From Leptospira sp. (GTDB lineage Bacteria; Spirochaetota; Leptospiria; Leptospirales; Leptospiraceae): a stretch of DNA of 64,000 nt. Location of the stretch: contig JAWXAQ010000027.1 of assembly GCA_034439575.1 (NCBI GenBank), positions 288,001 through 352,000 on the forward strand. The letters are read 5' to 3'. Numbering within the stretch: the first letter of the stretch is position 1; each line of letters opens with the position of its first letter. The notes beneath the pieces were generated by a model. It saw nothing but the letters and a program-made list of their open reading frames with translations, did no database searches and was not told where the DNA came from. This document shows, in pieces, positions 9,507-20,516 of the stretch. A program made the translations under genes and the position numbers.

Positions 9507-10559
9507 ATGAGTAAAAAAAAGATCGGTCTCATTTTTGGTGGTATTTCTTCGGAGCATATTATTTCGATACGTTCCTCATATTATATTTATAAAACGATAG
9601 ATAGAAACATATACCAAGTCCTACCGATCTATATTACCCCCATCGGTGAATGGATTATCCCTACAAAATACGAAGCGATTTTTCCGGATCCAAAGGATAG
9701 TAATGAAGCGGAATTTTTAAATGAATTTAAAAAACAAAATGAAATTCTAAACCATAGCGACAAACATCTGCTACCTTCATTGAAATTGGATGCCGTTTTT
9801 ATTGGGCTACATGGTGGTCAGGGGGAAAATGGTAGTGTACAAGGATTTTTGGAAGTTCACGGCCTGCCTTATACTGGATCTGGGGTGATGGCATCGGCTC
9901 TAGCTATGGATAAATATCGATCAAATTTGTTATTCGAAAAAGCTGGTGTTCCCGTCGCCCCCTTTTTGGAATTGGAAAAAAAAGATACAGATATCAAAAG
10001 AATGGCGCTTCAGCTTCCTATCTCTTACCCCATTTTCATTAAACCAACATTAGGTGGATCAAGTGTCAACACTGGACCTGCCAAAAATGCAGAAGAAGCC
10101 ATCAAACTCATTGAAAAAGTCTTTGTTATGGAAGATCGTGTTTTTTTACAGGAACTTGTCCAAGGAACGGAAGTATCTATTGGAGTATTAGAGAAAAAAA
10201 TTGAAGGCAAGTGGCAATCATTCCCACTCGTTGCTACAGAAATCCGTCCTAAGTCAGAATTTTTTGACTTCACAGCAAAGTATACAAAAGGGGGAAGCGA
10301 AGAGATCACTCCAGCAGAAATTCCTTCAAATGTTATGGATACTTTAAAAGAATATACTTTACTTTGCCACAAAACACTTGGTTGTCGAGGTTATTCAAGA
10401 ACGGATTTTATAATTAAAAATGGAATCCCGTTTGTATTAGAAACAAATACCTTGCCTGGAATGACTGGGACAAGCCTTATCCCGCAACAAGCCGAAGCTC
10501 TGGGCATTTCTATGAAAGATGTATTTAATTGGTTATTGGAACAGGCTCTTTCTCTCTAG
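9507..10559 (+). CDS. ddl: D-alanine--D-alanine ligase
   Basis: [33 protein letters not shown] and ETNTLPGMT motifs. Confidence 0.96.
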   Translation: MSKKKIGLIFGGISSEHIISIRSSYYIYKTIDRNIYQVLPIYITPIGEWIIPTKYEAIFPDPKDSNEAEFLNEFKKQNEILNHSDKHLLPSLKLDAVFIGLHGGQGENGSVQGFLEVHGLPYTGSGVMASALAMDKYRSNLLFEKAGVPVAPFLELEKKDTDIKRMALQLPISYPIFIKPTLGGSSVNTGPAKNAEEAIKLIEKVFVMEDRVFLQELVQGTEVSIGVLEKKIEGKWQSFPLVATEIRPKSEFFDFTAKYTKGGSEEITPAEIPSNVMDTLKEYTLLCHKTLGCRGYSRTDFIIKNGIPFVLETNTLPGMTGTSLIPQQAEALGISMKDVFNWLLEQALSL

Positions 10560-11928
10560 GAAAAAGCCACATTCCTATAAGTATCCCGATTAAACTTGCC
10601 AAAGTTCCATAAAAATGGCTAGTCATTTCATTATGAAACCATTCGAGTGATAACCAAGTGATCATACCTGTAACAAGCGATAGGAGAGCGGCCTTTTGAC
10701 TTGTTTTTTGATTCCATAATCCAAAGACCATGGGAATAAAAATAGATACTAAAGAAATCCCACCTGAATCTTCCACAAGTGCATAAATGGATGGTTTTCC
10801 CACAGCTAACATATAGGATACGATGGAGATGATGATCACAGAAAAGCGAGATAGTTTGAGTAAATTTTTATCTGTTTTGTTTTTTAAAAAATACTTAAGA
10901 ATATTTTCTGATAGAATAGATGAAGGTGCAAGTATTGCCCCTGACGCTGTAGAAAGTATGGCAGATATCAAAGCAGAAAAAAATAATATTTGCACGAGAG
11001 GGGATGCAAATTTAGAAACTAACATCGGTATGAGTAATTGTGAATTTTCGCCGTATAAATCAAAATCTTTTAACAATACCGCGGCTTGTAATCCTAGAAT
11101 TAAAGGAATCATCGCTAAAGACAAATAGATTCCTGATGCAAGATAGGATGCCCGAACCGCCACCTTTTCCGACTTCGCCGACATGACTCTCTGAAATATA
11201 TCTTGTTGGGGAAGAGATCCAAGTCCGACAACCATCCAGGCTGAAATGTACATCACCCAACTATTGTAATCTGGCTTAGGGAAAAAATTTAAGAAACCGA
11301 CAGGTGTATTCTGTAATGTGGTGATAATAGGTTGTACAGAATTGATTTCATAGATCACAAAAGAGAGTCCAATTAATATGGAAATGGATTGAAAAAAATC
11401 AGTAAATGAGACTGACCACATCCCACCTAAAAATGTATAAAATATAACGAGTATAGCTCCGATAGTTAAACCTGCAAATTGGGTTATGCCAAAGATCACC
11501 TGCATCATGATGCCAAGGGCTACAAATTGTGCCGCAACCCATCCAAAGTAGGAGAATATAAGACATATACCTGCCAAAAACTCCATGGTCTTACCATAAC
11601 GATCTCTATAAAAATCTCCAAAGGTAAGGATCTGCATTCTGTAAAGTGACTTCGCAAAAAATATTCCGAGTAACAATAAACAGAGGGCCCCACCAAACGG
11701 ATCTTGGATGACAGCGAGTGTGCCTCCTTTGGCAAATTCGACAGAAGAGCCGAGAATGGTTTCGCTACCGAACCAAGTGGCAAAAAGTGCTGCAGTGGAA
11801 ATGGGAAGGGGGAGGCTACGTCCTGCCAGGATAAAGTCTTTTGCATTTTTGACTTTTCTTGCGGCAATGACTCCGATAAGGACAGTCGTGAGGAGGTAAA
11901 TTAGAACATAGATCCCTTGCGCGTTCAT
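10525..11928 (-). CDS. Sodium:solute symporter (SSS) family transporter
   Basis: [29 protein letters not shown] and [11 protein letters not shown] motifs, multi-TM. Confidence 0.92.
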   Translation of the reverse strand: MNAQGIYVLIYLLTTVLIGVIAARKVKNAKDFILAGRSLPLPISTAALFATWFGSETILGSSVEFAKGGTLAVIQDPFGGALCLLLLGIFFAKSLYRMQILTFGDFYRDRYGKTMEFLAGICLIFSYFGWVAAQFVALGIMMQVIFGITQFAGLTIGAILVIFYTFLGGMWSVSFTDFFQSISILIGLSFVIYEINSVQPIITTLQNTPVGFLNFFPKPDYNSWVMYISAWMVVGLGSLPQQDIFQRVMSAKSEKVAVRASYLASGIYLSLAMIPLILGLQAAVLLKDFDLYGENSQLLIPMLVSKFASPLVQILFFSALISAILSTASGAILAPSSILSENILKYFLKNKTDKNLLKLSRFSVIIISIVSYMLAVGKPSIYALVEDSGGISLVSIFIPMVFGLWNQKTSQKAALLSLVTGMITWLSLEWFHNEMTSHFYGTLASLIGILIGMWLFPREKEPVPITN

Positions 11929-11931
11929 TCT

Positions 11932-12213
11932 TTAAAATAAATCGTCTTCCTGTTTTGAAGCTGACTCTTTTATATCTTCCTTTTTCTTCTTAACACTTGA
12001 TTTTATGATCTCACCGTTTTGGCCTTTCGCTAAAAATTCTATTTTTGCTTCTGCTTCAGTTAAACGATCAGAACAAACTTTTTTTAATTCCATCCCTTTT
12101 TCGTAGGCCTTAATGGATTCTTCCAATGACAATTGGCCTTTCTCTAATTTTTCGGCAATGTCTTCTAGTTCGCGCAATGCATCTTCGAATGAAATAATCT
12201 TTTTTTCTGACAT
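11932..12213 (-). CDS. xseB: Exodeoxyribonuclease VII small subunit
   Basis: SFEDAL.ELE.I..KLE.G.LSLEES...YE.G motif, adjacent to xseA. Confidence 0.95.
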   Translation of the reverse strand: MSEKKIISFEDALRELEDIAEKLEKGQLSLEESIKAYEKGMELKKVCSDRLTEAEAKIEFLAKGQNGEIIKSSVKKKKEDIKESASKQEDDLF

Positions 12214-12215
12214 AT

Positions 12216-13499
12216 TTAGTCCTTAATTTTGTCTTTGATTTCGGCGGTCAATCGACCTTCACCTAATATTAGTTCTATGTTTTCACCGATTTCTACTTGC
12301 TGAAAAGAGGAGATCACTTTTTTATTTTGATTTCTTATGACAGAGTATCCACGATGCAGTGTGCCTAATGGTGAAAAATTTTCCACTCTGGAATGAATCA
12401 ATTCAAACGTTTGTTTTTTCCTACGAAGTAATTGTTCCATTCGATCTTTTAAAATTTCAGTTCGTAGAAATTCACTGCGTTTTTGGATGAGAAAATTTTT
12501 ACCCAGTAATGAGATGCGATTCATCACATCATCAGTAGCGATAATTCTCGGTTCAAGAAGTGCTAGCGGATTTTGGAAAACATTTCTAGTTGTGACACCA
12601 GTCAACTTCTCTCGGTTGAGTTTTGTTAGGTTTTTTAAGCATCGATCCAATCTATCTTCTGTTTCTGAAATTTTAATTAAAACTTCTGAAACATTGGGAA
12701 TGGCAAGTTTTGCAGCGGCAGTTGGTGTTGGGGTTGTTGCATCGGCACTTAAATCACTTAGTACACGATCTATTTCATGACCCACAGCAGAAATAATAGG
12801 CAGGCGAGAATTGTAAAAGGCATACACAACTTCTTCTGTATTGAATGCCATAAGGTCTTCAAAAGATCCACCTCCACGGCCCGCGATAATCACATCCACT
12901 TCCCATTTAGGATCATTTAATGCTTCTATGGCGAGCCGAATTGACTTCGGTGCATCATCACCCTGAACGATGCAAGGAGAAACTAATATTTGTATGGTGG
13001 GATTTAAATCAGTTGCAATCCTGATAATATCTTCGACTGCTGCACCCTTAGGTGAAGTGGCAATCCCTAATCTGATTGGGTATTTAGGAAGGGGTTTTTT
13101 ATGGGAGGGGTCGAAAATTCCTTTTTCGGCTAGACTTTGTTTTAATCTTTCTATTTGTAATAGAATGTCACCTTCACCTAGTTCTTCGACCTTTTGCACA
13201 GAAAAACTATAATAGCCACCCGGTTCATAAACAGATATGGATCCAAAAATTCGTAACTCCATTCCATTTTTTATAGGTCTACCTTTGTAGTTTTTACTTT
13301 GAAATGAAAAAAAGGCACATTTGATGACGCTCATTGGATCTTTGAGCGAAAAATACATATGTCCAGAGGATGCAGTTTGGGAAAAATTTGAGACTTCACC
13401 TTTGACCCAAATGTTCTTTAGGCCGTCTACTTCTTGTAAACTGGTCTTTACAAGCCGATTGACATCTGATACTGAAAGTGATTGGGGGGCATTAGACAT
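12216..13499 (-). CDS. xseA: Exodeoxyribonuclease VII large subunit
   Basis: WVKGEVSN, SGHMYFSLKD, RGGGSFEDL, SAVGHEID and TPTAAA motifs. Confidence 0.96.
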   Translation of the reverse strand: MSNAPQSLSVSDVNRLVKTSLQEVDGLKNIWVKGEVSNFSQTASSGHMYFSLKDPMSVIKCAFFSFQSKNYKGRPIKNGMELRIFGSISVYEPGGYYSFSVQKVEELGEGDILLQIERLKQSLAEKGIFDPSHKKPLPKYPIRLGIATSPKGAAVEDIIRIATDLNPTIQILVSPCIVQGDDAPKSIRLAIEALNDPKWEVDVIIAGRGGGSFEDLMAFNTEEVVYAFYNSRLPIISAVGHEIDRVLSDLSADATTPTPTAAAKLAIPNVSEVLIKISETEDRLDRCLKNLTKLNREKLTGVTTRNVFQNPLALLEPRIIATDDVMNRISLLGKNFLIQKRSEFLRTEILKDRMEQLLRRKKQTFELIHSRVENFSPLGTLHRGYSVIRNQNKKVISSFQQVEIGENIELILGEGRLTAEIKDKIKD

Positions 13500-14613
13500 T
13501 GACAGAATCTTTGAATCTTGTTTCCTTAAAAATTTTCCAAAAATCCCAAAGAATAATCACAAGTGTCAGAGCCATAGGGCCAATGATAATTCCTGCGACA
13601 CCAAACTCTTGTAATCCGCCAATCAATGATAAAAAGATTAGGAATGGATGGGTTTTTAATCTTTTGTCTAAAATTTTTGGTTTCACAAAGTTTTCTAAAA
13701 TTAAATAGGCCGAGGCACCACCAATCATGACAAAAATTCCAGAAGTCCATGCATTTTGCACAAGTCCTAAATAAATACCCACAGGAAGCCATATAACGGA
13801 GGTTCCAATGACGGGAATGAGTGAGAATATAGTCGCAATACTTGATAGCAAAAATTTATTTGGAACAGATGTGAAAAGTAGAATAAAGTAAATTAAGAAT
13901 CCTTGCAATAAGGAGATAAACATATTTCCAAGCATCACAGTTCTCACTGCATCTTCAATTCTCCGACCAAGCCTTTCCTCTATTTCTTGTGGAAACGGTA
14001 AGTTATTAAAAATTACATGCTCAAGTCGATTTCCCTCTTTATATAAAAAGAAAAGGAGTATAAATGAGAAAAAAGCATTGAATATGATCGTACCTGGAAG
14101 TTCAAAAGATCCCAGTACAAATCCAGAGGAATTTTTAAGAATACTATATATAGAATCTAAGTTTAAAATATCCATATGGGAACCAATATATTCACGATAG
14201 AGTCCAGGAAGTTTGATCCAAAAAAATTCATTTTCAGAAAAAAAATCAGTTAACAAGGGTGAGTTGAGTAGAAGGGCAACTATAGATTCTTCTGATAACT
14301 GATTTCTAATATAACTCACAAGATTTAATGACTCACGTATAATGGTTGATAATATCAAATATGATGGTATGACTACTCCTGCTAACATAAGTAATATCAT
14401 TATATAAGGAGAGAGTGCTCCAAATCGAATGCCGAGTATCAATTTTAATTTTTTATGAAATTTTCTAGTCGTTACATAAAATAAAATGGCTAGAAAAAAA
14501 GACCATAAATAGGGCTTAAATACAAAGAATAAAATATAAGTCGTACTTGCGAATAATAAGGTGAGTATCAAATAGACAATCACCTCATTTTTATTTTCAA
14601 ACCAATTTGGCAT
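13492..14613 (-). CDS. AI-2E family transporter
   Basis: IPVIGT..IWLP, EN.VKPKI and GGL..FG..G.IIGP motifs, multi-TM. Confidence 0.9.
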   Translation of the reverse strand: MPNWFENKNEVIVYLILTLLFASTTYILFFVFKPYLWSFFLAILFYVTTRKFHKKLKLILGIRFGALSPYIMILLMLAGVVIPSYLILSTIIRESLNLVSYIRNQLSEESIVALLLNSPLLTDFFSENEFFWIKLPGLYREYIGSHMDILNLDSIYSILKNSSGFVLGSFELPGTIIFNAFFSFILLFFLYKEGNRLEHVIFNNLPFPQEIEERLGRRIEDAVRTVMLGNMFISLLQGFLIYFILLFTSVPNKFLLSSIATIFSLIPVIGTSVIWLPVGIYLGLVQNAWTSGIFVMIGGASAYLILENFVKPKILDKRLKTHPFLIFLSLIGGLQEFGVAGIIIGPMALTLVIILWDFWKIFKETRFKDSVNV

Positions 14614-14622
14614 AATTTATAC

Positions 14623-15063
14623 TTAATAGGTGGATTGTTTTTTAAAAAAATATTTCACAATTCGTTTTTCGCCCAAATCGTAAACAAATATGGAAAGAGA
14701 TTTTTTGATAAAACCTTCAAATAGATAAGAAGTTTTATTTCCCAATTCGTCTTTCTGGATGATTTTCCAATCTCCAAGTGAACTTCTTTTCTCGATTGTG
14801 TCTTTGATTTCGGATACGCTTAAATTTGATTCTAAACTTAAATAAGATTCTCTCGGATTGGAAAATCCAGATCTAAGTTCCACCGAATTGATATAAGTTA
14901 CTGTACTTGGAATAAAGGAACGAGGGATCGCCGAAGGTACACGCTCAGGTAAATGTGCCACTGTGATTCGATCAAAGGCATACGTCTCCTTACTAAAATG
15001 ACCATCGCCTTGGCAGGAAAAGAAAAAAACTAAGAATGGTAAGACGTAAAGAATCTTGGACAT
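14623..15063 (-). CDS. Putative lipoprotein
   Basis: MSKILYVLPFLVFFFSC lipobox from ATG at 15063. Confidence 0.7.
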   Translation of the reverse strand: MSKILYVLPFLVFFFSCQGDGHFSKETYAFDRITVAHLPERVPSAIPRSFIPSTVTYINSVELRSGFSNPRESYLSLESNLSVSEIKDTIEKRSSLGDWKIIQKDELGNKTSYLFEGFIKKSLSIFVYDLGEKRIVKYFFKKQSTY

Positions 15064-15153
15064 AGGGAAAGCAAATGGAAATGTAAGTATAGTTCCAATC
15101 ATTTTTTAAAATCTTTCTTGCTAAACGATTCGCTTTCGTAAAAAAATCTAGGA

Positions 15154-15792
15154 GTGGAAATTCTTTCGCAATTGCCTGATTTCCTAGCCTATCTTGCCAC
15201 CTTACCAACCTGGTATCTTCTTTTCTTCTTCGGGTTTTCAAACTTTTTAGAAAATGTTTTCCCTCCTTGGCCTGGGGATAGTTTTACCGTTTTCTCTGGA
15301 TTTCTCGCAGGACAAACGAATGCAAAGATAGGGATTTTCGAGCTTGGAATTGCTACATTGATTGGGAATTGGATTGGCGCTCTTTTGATGTTTTACTTTG
15401 GGAAAAGAGTGATCCGATTCCTCCGCGAAACAAAAATTGAATTGATTCGGAAATTATATGAAGAAGAGCCGTTCGAAAAAACCATCCACTGGTTTCGTAA
15501 TTATTCAGGGTTTGTGATCATTCTTTCTCGGTTTTCTGCAGGTATTCGATTTTTTGTGTCGATAGTCGCAGGTCTTTCCAAAATGAATGTGTTCTTATTT
15601 TTATTTTATTATACGATAGCGATTTTTCTTTGGTGCGGTTTATTATTATTTGGTGGTTACCAATTGGGAGAGAATTGGGATCAAATCGTTGTTAGTCTCT
15701 CGATATACAATCGAATCATTAGTTTCATAATCATAAGTATAATTGTTTTTATCCTAGGTTATTATTTTTATAGGAAAAAAGTTCGAAGTTGA
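15154..15792 (+). CDS. DedA family membrane protein
   Basis: LENVFPPWPGD and SRF..GIR....VAG motifs. Confidence 0.92.
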   Translation: MEILSQLPDFLAYLATLPTWYLLFFFGFSNFLENVFPPWPGDSFTVFSGFLAGQTNAKIGIFELGIATLIGNWIGALLMFYFGKRVIRFLRETKIELIRKLYEEEPFEKTIHWFRNYSGFVIILSRFSAGIRFFVSIVAGLSKMNVFLFLFYYTIAIFLWCGLLLFGGYQLGENWDQIVVSLSIYNRIISFIIISIIVFILGYYFYRKKVRS

Positions 15793-15816
15793 CAAGTTAT
15801 CTTAAATTGATAACAT
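15789..15816 (+). promoter_or_regulatory. Sigma70-like promoter with an embedded palindrome
   Basis: TTGACA-N16-TAACAT with an extended TG, overlapped by GTTATC-N7-GATAAC (15796-15814). Confidence 0.5.
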
Positions 15817-15826
15817 TTCTTTCGTT

Positions 15827-18800
15827 ATGCAACATTGGGGACCTATCGCCTTTGACTTTTATTCATTCGGTTCACTCGTCGGAGTTATCTTCGCCTTTTT
15901 CAATGCACAGTTTTTTTTAACAGTCAAAGATAAGTCAAAGGCCACTGTATTTTTGGGCCTTGCCACACTTTCCCTCGGGATGTTCCATTTTGCCTATTTG
16001 ATCGGCTTTTCACTACTTGGACCAAATGCGGCATTTTTACGCTGGTTGGTGATGCCGTCTGCGATGCTCGGTGCCACGTTTTTAACTTCGTTTTTTTTAT
16101 CCTTCCCTGAAGAATACCATCTTCGCACAAGAAAGATCATCTTGCGCGTGTTAATTTTTATCGTTGGATTAACAACCGTATATTTCATTACAGTAAGTAT
16201 CAATTCCGGACGAGTGTATTATTTTTCAGGTCACTACTGGGATTTTCCAGTTCCAAAGTTTTATAAATTCTACGGCCTTGCTGTATTTTTATTTTTTGTC
16301 ATCTTTATTGTCGTTGGTATCATTCAATTAATCAAAATGCCAAAGGAAACTCGCATTCCTGCTGGCGGGATTTTATTTTCTTTTGCTCTTTTAACAATTA
16401 TACCCGGAATATTAAATATTCAATCCAGAGATGGAGCGTTTGAAAGAGGTTTGTATCAAACCATCACAGATTTATTGTTAGTTGTCGGTCTCTTTATTTC
16501 GACAGTCTTTTTTATTAATAGTACAAAAGACAAAACAATGATTTTATCTCGGATCATTGGCATCTCTCTTGCTACTTTTTTACTAGTCATTCAATTGATA
16601 GCATACTCATCTATCCACCAAACGGAAAGTTCATACGATCGTATCTATTACCAAGAAGCGAGAAGTGCGGTTATTTCTAAGGATGTAGACAATGGAGTTT
16701 CTTTTTTCTTTACCTATCAATTGGATGAAAGATCAGGCAAATCGATAAAGGATCCCGAAGGGAAAACTTTTGAGCCGATTGATTACTCAGAAGAATTTTG
16801 GAATGTATGGTTATTAAATTCCATAAGAAATATTTCCGACACGCAAAATATTTCTGAGGCACTTGACGCTATATTTCTAAACCTACCAGAAGAACAAGCA
16901 GGTTATGTTTCTGAGATTCAAAATGCTGTTAACAATTTAAATATCAAAAAACCGAGCGAACTCGTAAGTTATCTCGAATCACTGAAACGAAAGATTTTAT
17001 ATACACGAAATAAATGGAGAGAACTAAACCCTGAAGAATCAAGAGAAAAAGGGCGCGCCTTATTCGGGTTAAAAGAAGGAAAACTCAAAGGATTTCACGA
17101 AAGAGCGATTGTTTTACTTGATTCCTCACTATCAGATAAAGAGGTATATGATAAAATTGATAAAATGCTTGCCCCATTACCTTTGGTAGGTGAAAGAAAT
17201 TATCGAGGTGTCACAAAATTTTCAGAAAACACCCCTTCACCGAAATTTTTTATTAGCTATTTTGTGATCAATGAAAAGACGAGAACAGTCCATGAAATTG
17301 GATTTCCGTATGAAAATTATAGAACTTACCAACATGAAGTGAGTGTTCCTTGGATGTATGGTGGCCTAGCCATAGCAATCTTGGTCATTTTTGGATTTAG
17401 ATTTTTCTTTAGCGGAGCTCTCATTCGACCTATTGAAGAAATTATCGAGGGTTTAACGGAAGTCAATTCTGGGAATTTGGACTATAGACTTGCAATTCAT
17501 GTGGAAGATGATATCGGTTTTATGGCAAGGTCTTTCAATCGCATGGTGCGTTCGATCCAAGCGGCACGTAAACGTTTGCAACAATACGCTGACCAATTGG
17601 AGCAAAAAGTACAAGAACGGACCAAGGAATTAGAAAATACACTCCAAGAAGTCCAAGCCTTAAAGGACCAACAAGATGGGGATTATTTTCTCACCTCACT
17701 CTTGTTACAACCATTTTCAACAAATCACGCAACGCATGATAATGTACAAATAGACTTTTTATTAGAACAAAAGAAAAAATTTACCTTCAGGCAACATTCA
17801 AAAGAAATTGGTGGGGATCTAAACATTGCCAATCAAATTGTATTGAATGATAAAACGTATACAGTGTTTCTAAACGCTGATGCAATGGGAAAATCTATGC
17901 AAGGTGCTGGGGGTGCTTTAGTACTCGGCTCCGTTTTTGAGTCCATTATCACTCGGACTCAACTTTCCCCTGAGGCCAAACGAACCTATCCTGAACGTTG
18001 GATTAAAAATACCTTTATAGAATTACACAAAGTTTTTGAAGGCTTTGATGGAAGTATGCTCGTATCCTTAGTGTTAGGTCTCGTCGATAACCAAACAGGA
18101 CTATTGTATTTTATCAATGCAGAACATCCTTGGATCGTACTCTACCGAGATGGCATTGCTAGTTTTATGGAAGATGAACTGATGTTTCGTAAACTAGGTA
18201 CTTCTGGCGTGGACGGCGAAATATTTATACGCACTTTTCAATTGGAACCAGGCGATGTTGTGATCGCAGGATCTGATGGACGCGATGACTTATTAATTTC
18301 ACTTACCGACGAAGGAAAAAGAATCATCAATGAAGATGAAAGATTATTTTTAAAGGTCGTTGAACGGGGAAGAGGTGACCTTGAAAAAATTTATGAAGAA
18401 CTGCATACCATTGGTAGCCTAACAGATGATTTGTCCTTACTGCGCGTAGCCTTTGTCGAAGAAAAAGAAAAAGTTCGTATTGAAAAAGAAAAACTCAAAG
18501 ACATTCAGGATTTATTAACCAAAGCCAAGGAAGCCACTGTGTCTTCTGATTTACAAGAAGCCATTTCTTATTTGGAAGAGGCAAATTCTCTAGAAAAAAA
18601 CATCCCAGAAATCAAAAAGAAATTTATCCAATTGTATTTAAAGATCAAAGATTATGGAAAAGCAAAGTCCATGGCCAAAGATTATTCCGCTATGAAACCT
18701 ATGGATACGGAAATTATGTATGTGACAGCATTTTGTGCAAGGAAAGTAGCCGATTTAAAAACGGCGATTGATTTTGGAGAAAGGGTAAGGCTACGCGATC

Positions 18801-18964
18801 CTCATCATGTCAAAAATTTGTTAAATCTTGGCCAAACTTACTTAGCTGAAAAAAACTATGTGAGAGCGGAAATTATTTTAAGTTCTGCACTTATGATTGA
18901 TCCTCAGAATTCCAGTTTGTTAAGATTATTAGAGCACATCCGAAAAAAACAATCTGGTAAATAG
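15827..18964 (+). CDS. Membrane sensor PP2C/SpoIIE phosphatase (multi-TM, periplasmic region, HAMP, SpoIIE, TPR)
   Basis: HAMP (EDDIGFMARSFN.M), GGD, DAMGK, NAEHP, SDG and DDL PP2C motifs, plus TPR-like C-terminus. Confidence 0.9.
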   Translation: MQHWGPIAFDFYSFGSLVGVIFAFFNAQFFLTVKDKSKATVFLGLATLSLGMFHFAYLIGFSLLGPNAAFLRWLVMPSAMLGATFLTSFFLSFPEEYHLRTRKIILRVLIFIVGLTTVYFITVSINSGRVYYFSGHYWDFPVPKFYKFYGLAVFLFFVIFIVVGIIQLIKMPKETRIPAGGILFSFALLTIIPGILNIQSRDGAFERGLYQTITDLLLVVGLFISTVFFINSTKDKTMILSRIIGISLATFLLVIQLIAYSSIHQTESSYDRIYYQEARSAVISKDVDNGVSFFFTYQLDERSGKSIKDPEGKTFEPIDYSEEFWNVWLLNSIRNISDTQNISEALDAIFLNLPEEQAGYVSEIQNAVNNLNIKKPSELVSYLESLKRKILYTRNKWRELNPEESREKGRALFGLKEGKLKGFHERAIVLLDSSLSDKEVYDKIDKMLAPLPLVGERNYRGVTKFSENTPSPKFFISYFVINEKTRTVHEIGFPYENYRTYQHEVSVPWMYGGLAIAILVIFGFRFFFSGALIRPIEEIIEGLTEVNSGNLDYRLAIHVEDDIGFMARSFNRMVRSIQAARKRLQQYADQLEQKVQERTKELENTLQEVQALKDQQDGDYFLTSLLLQPFSTNHATHDNVQIDFLLEQKKKFTFRQHSKEIGGDLNIANQIVLNDKTYTVFLNADAMGKSMQGAGGALVLGSVFESIITRTQLSPEAKRTYPERWIKNTFIELHKVFEGFDGSMLVSLVLGLVDNQTGLLYFINAEHPWIVLYRDGIASFMEDELMFRKLGTSGVDGEIFIRTFQLEPGDVVIAGSDGRDDLLISLTDEGKRIINEDERLFLKVVERGRGDLEKIYEELHTIGSLTDDLSLLRVAFVEEKEKVRIEKEKLKDIQDLLTKAKEATVSSDLQEAISYLEEANSLEKNIPEIKKKFIQLYLKIKDYGKAKSMAKDYSAMKPMDTEIMYVTAFCARKVADLKTAIDFGERVRLRDPHHVKNLLNLGQTYLAEKNYVRAEIILSSALMIDPQNSSLLRLLEHIRKKQSGK

Positions 18965-18999
18965 TTAACGGACTTAGGCGAATTAGAGTCTAAATAGCA

Positions 19000-20169
19000 G
19001 TGACCAAATCCCAATACAAACTGAGTCTTCATAAAAGTTTTTTTGATTTTAAACCAGAGGAATGGAATCCACTTGTACCGGAAGATTCTGTCTTTCAAGA
19101 ATGGGAATTTTTATCCACATTGGAAAAAACATCTTGTTTGGGTCTTACTGGTGATTGGGAAATTCAAATCTTTGCTGTTAAAGAAAATGAAAACCTAAGT
19201 GGTCTTTTTCCTTTTTACAAACGACTGGATTCCTATGGAGAATATATTTTTGATTTCCAATGGGCGAATGCATTTCATAAGGCTGGCATTCCATACTATC
19301 CAAAATTTACAGCAAGTGTTCCATTTACGCCAGTGACTGGTGCTCGGATACTTTTACAGCCGAATTTGAGTGATGTGGAAAAGGATTCAATAGCAAAACT
19401 TTTGTTAGAATCCTATATTGAACTTGGAAGGGAAGAAGGAGTTTCTTCCTCCCATATTTTATTTTGTAAAGATGATGAGCTAAATTGGGGTAAGGCAGTG
19501 GGGATGGTGCCTCGCTTAACACATCAATACCATTGGATCAATAAGGGATATGAAAGTTTTGAAGACTATCTTAATTCGTTAGTAAAGGATCGAAGGAAAA
19601 CGATTCGACAGGAAAGAAAAAAAATCAATGCCCTAGGCTTGAAAATTGAAACACTTGTCGGTGGTGCTGTGAAGGAAGAACATGCGGATATTTTTTACAA
19701 TTTTTATATGGATACCCATTCTCGCAAATGGGGACAGGCCTATTTAAATCGAAATTTTTTTCTCCTAATATTCAAAACCATGGCGCACCGCATCCATCTT
19801 GTTCTTGCCTCAGATAATAGCGGAAAACCAATTGGTGGTAGTTTTAATTTTTTCCGAGGAGATTATCTTTTTGGCCGATATTGGGGGGCCTTGGAGCACA
19901 TTCCCAATCTACATTTTGAGTGTTGTTATTACCGATTGATTGATTTTGCGATTGAACATAAAATGAAACGGGTAGAAGCTGGGGCGCAAGGCGAACATAA
20001 ATTTTTAAGAGGGTATGAGGCAGTTCCTATGCATAGCCTGCATTATATATATAATGAGTCTGGAAGTGTAGCGATTTATAATTATTTGGAACGAGAAATC
20101 AAATTAGAAGAAGAGAATATTTCAAGTTACAATGCTCACTCACCGTTAAAGGCATTACGAAAAGTATAA
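19000..20169 (+). CDS. GNAT-fold FemAB-like (DUF482) protein
   Basis: SYGEYIFD..WA.A.....YYPK....PFTPVTG.R, GRYWG, LHFECCYY and EAGAQGEHK..RGY motifs. Confidence 0.88.
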   Translation: MTKSQYKLSLHKSFFDFKPEEWNPLVPEDSVFQEWEFLSTLEKTSCLGLTGDWEIQIFAVKENENLSGLFPFYKRLDSYGEYIFDFQWANAFHKAGIPYYPKFTASVPFTPVTGARILLQPNLSDVEKDSIAKLLLESYIELGREEGVSSSHILFCKDDELNWGKAVGMVPRLTHQYHWINKGYESFEDYLNSLVKDRRKTIRQERKKINALGLKIETLVGGAVKEEHADIFYNFYMDTHSRKWGQAYLNRNFFLLIFKTMAHRIHLVLASDNSGKPIGGSFNFFRGDYLFGRYWGALEHIPNLHFECCYYRLIDFAIEHKMKRVEAGAQGEHKFLRGYEAVPMHSLHYIYNESGSVAIYNYLEREIKLEEENISSYNAHSPLKALRKV

Positions 20170-20174
20170 TAAAT

Positions 20175-20516
20175 ATGGCAAATTCCAATAAAAAATCTGG
20201 CACCCAAGACGATGTTCAAGTTTTGGAAAAACAAAAAGTTAAACTTAAAAAACCAAGCAGATATAAGGTGATATTGATTAATGATGATTATACTCCACAA
20301 GAATTTGTGGTTTGGGTTCTCGCAAATGTATTTAGAAGAAGTATAGAAGAATCTAGAAAGATTATGTGGACGGCTCATACGACTGGAACAGCCGTTTGTG
20401 GGGTTTATCCTTTGGACATTGCACAAACCAAGGTGCAAGAAGTTCATATGTATGCAGATGAGGCGGGACATCCTCTGCAATGTCAATTGGCAAAAGAAGA
20501 GGATGATGAATCATGA
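20175..20516 (+). CDS. clpS: ATP-dependent Clp protease adaptor ClpS
   Basis: YKVILINDDYTP.EFV, AH..G.A.CG and HPLQC motifs. Confidence 0.96.
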   Translation: MANSNKKSGTQDDVQVLEKQKVKLKKPSRYKVILINDDYTPQEFVVWVLANVFRRSIEESRKIMWTAHTTGTAVCGVYPLDIAQTKVQEVHMYADEAGHPLQCQLAKEEDDES

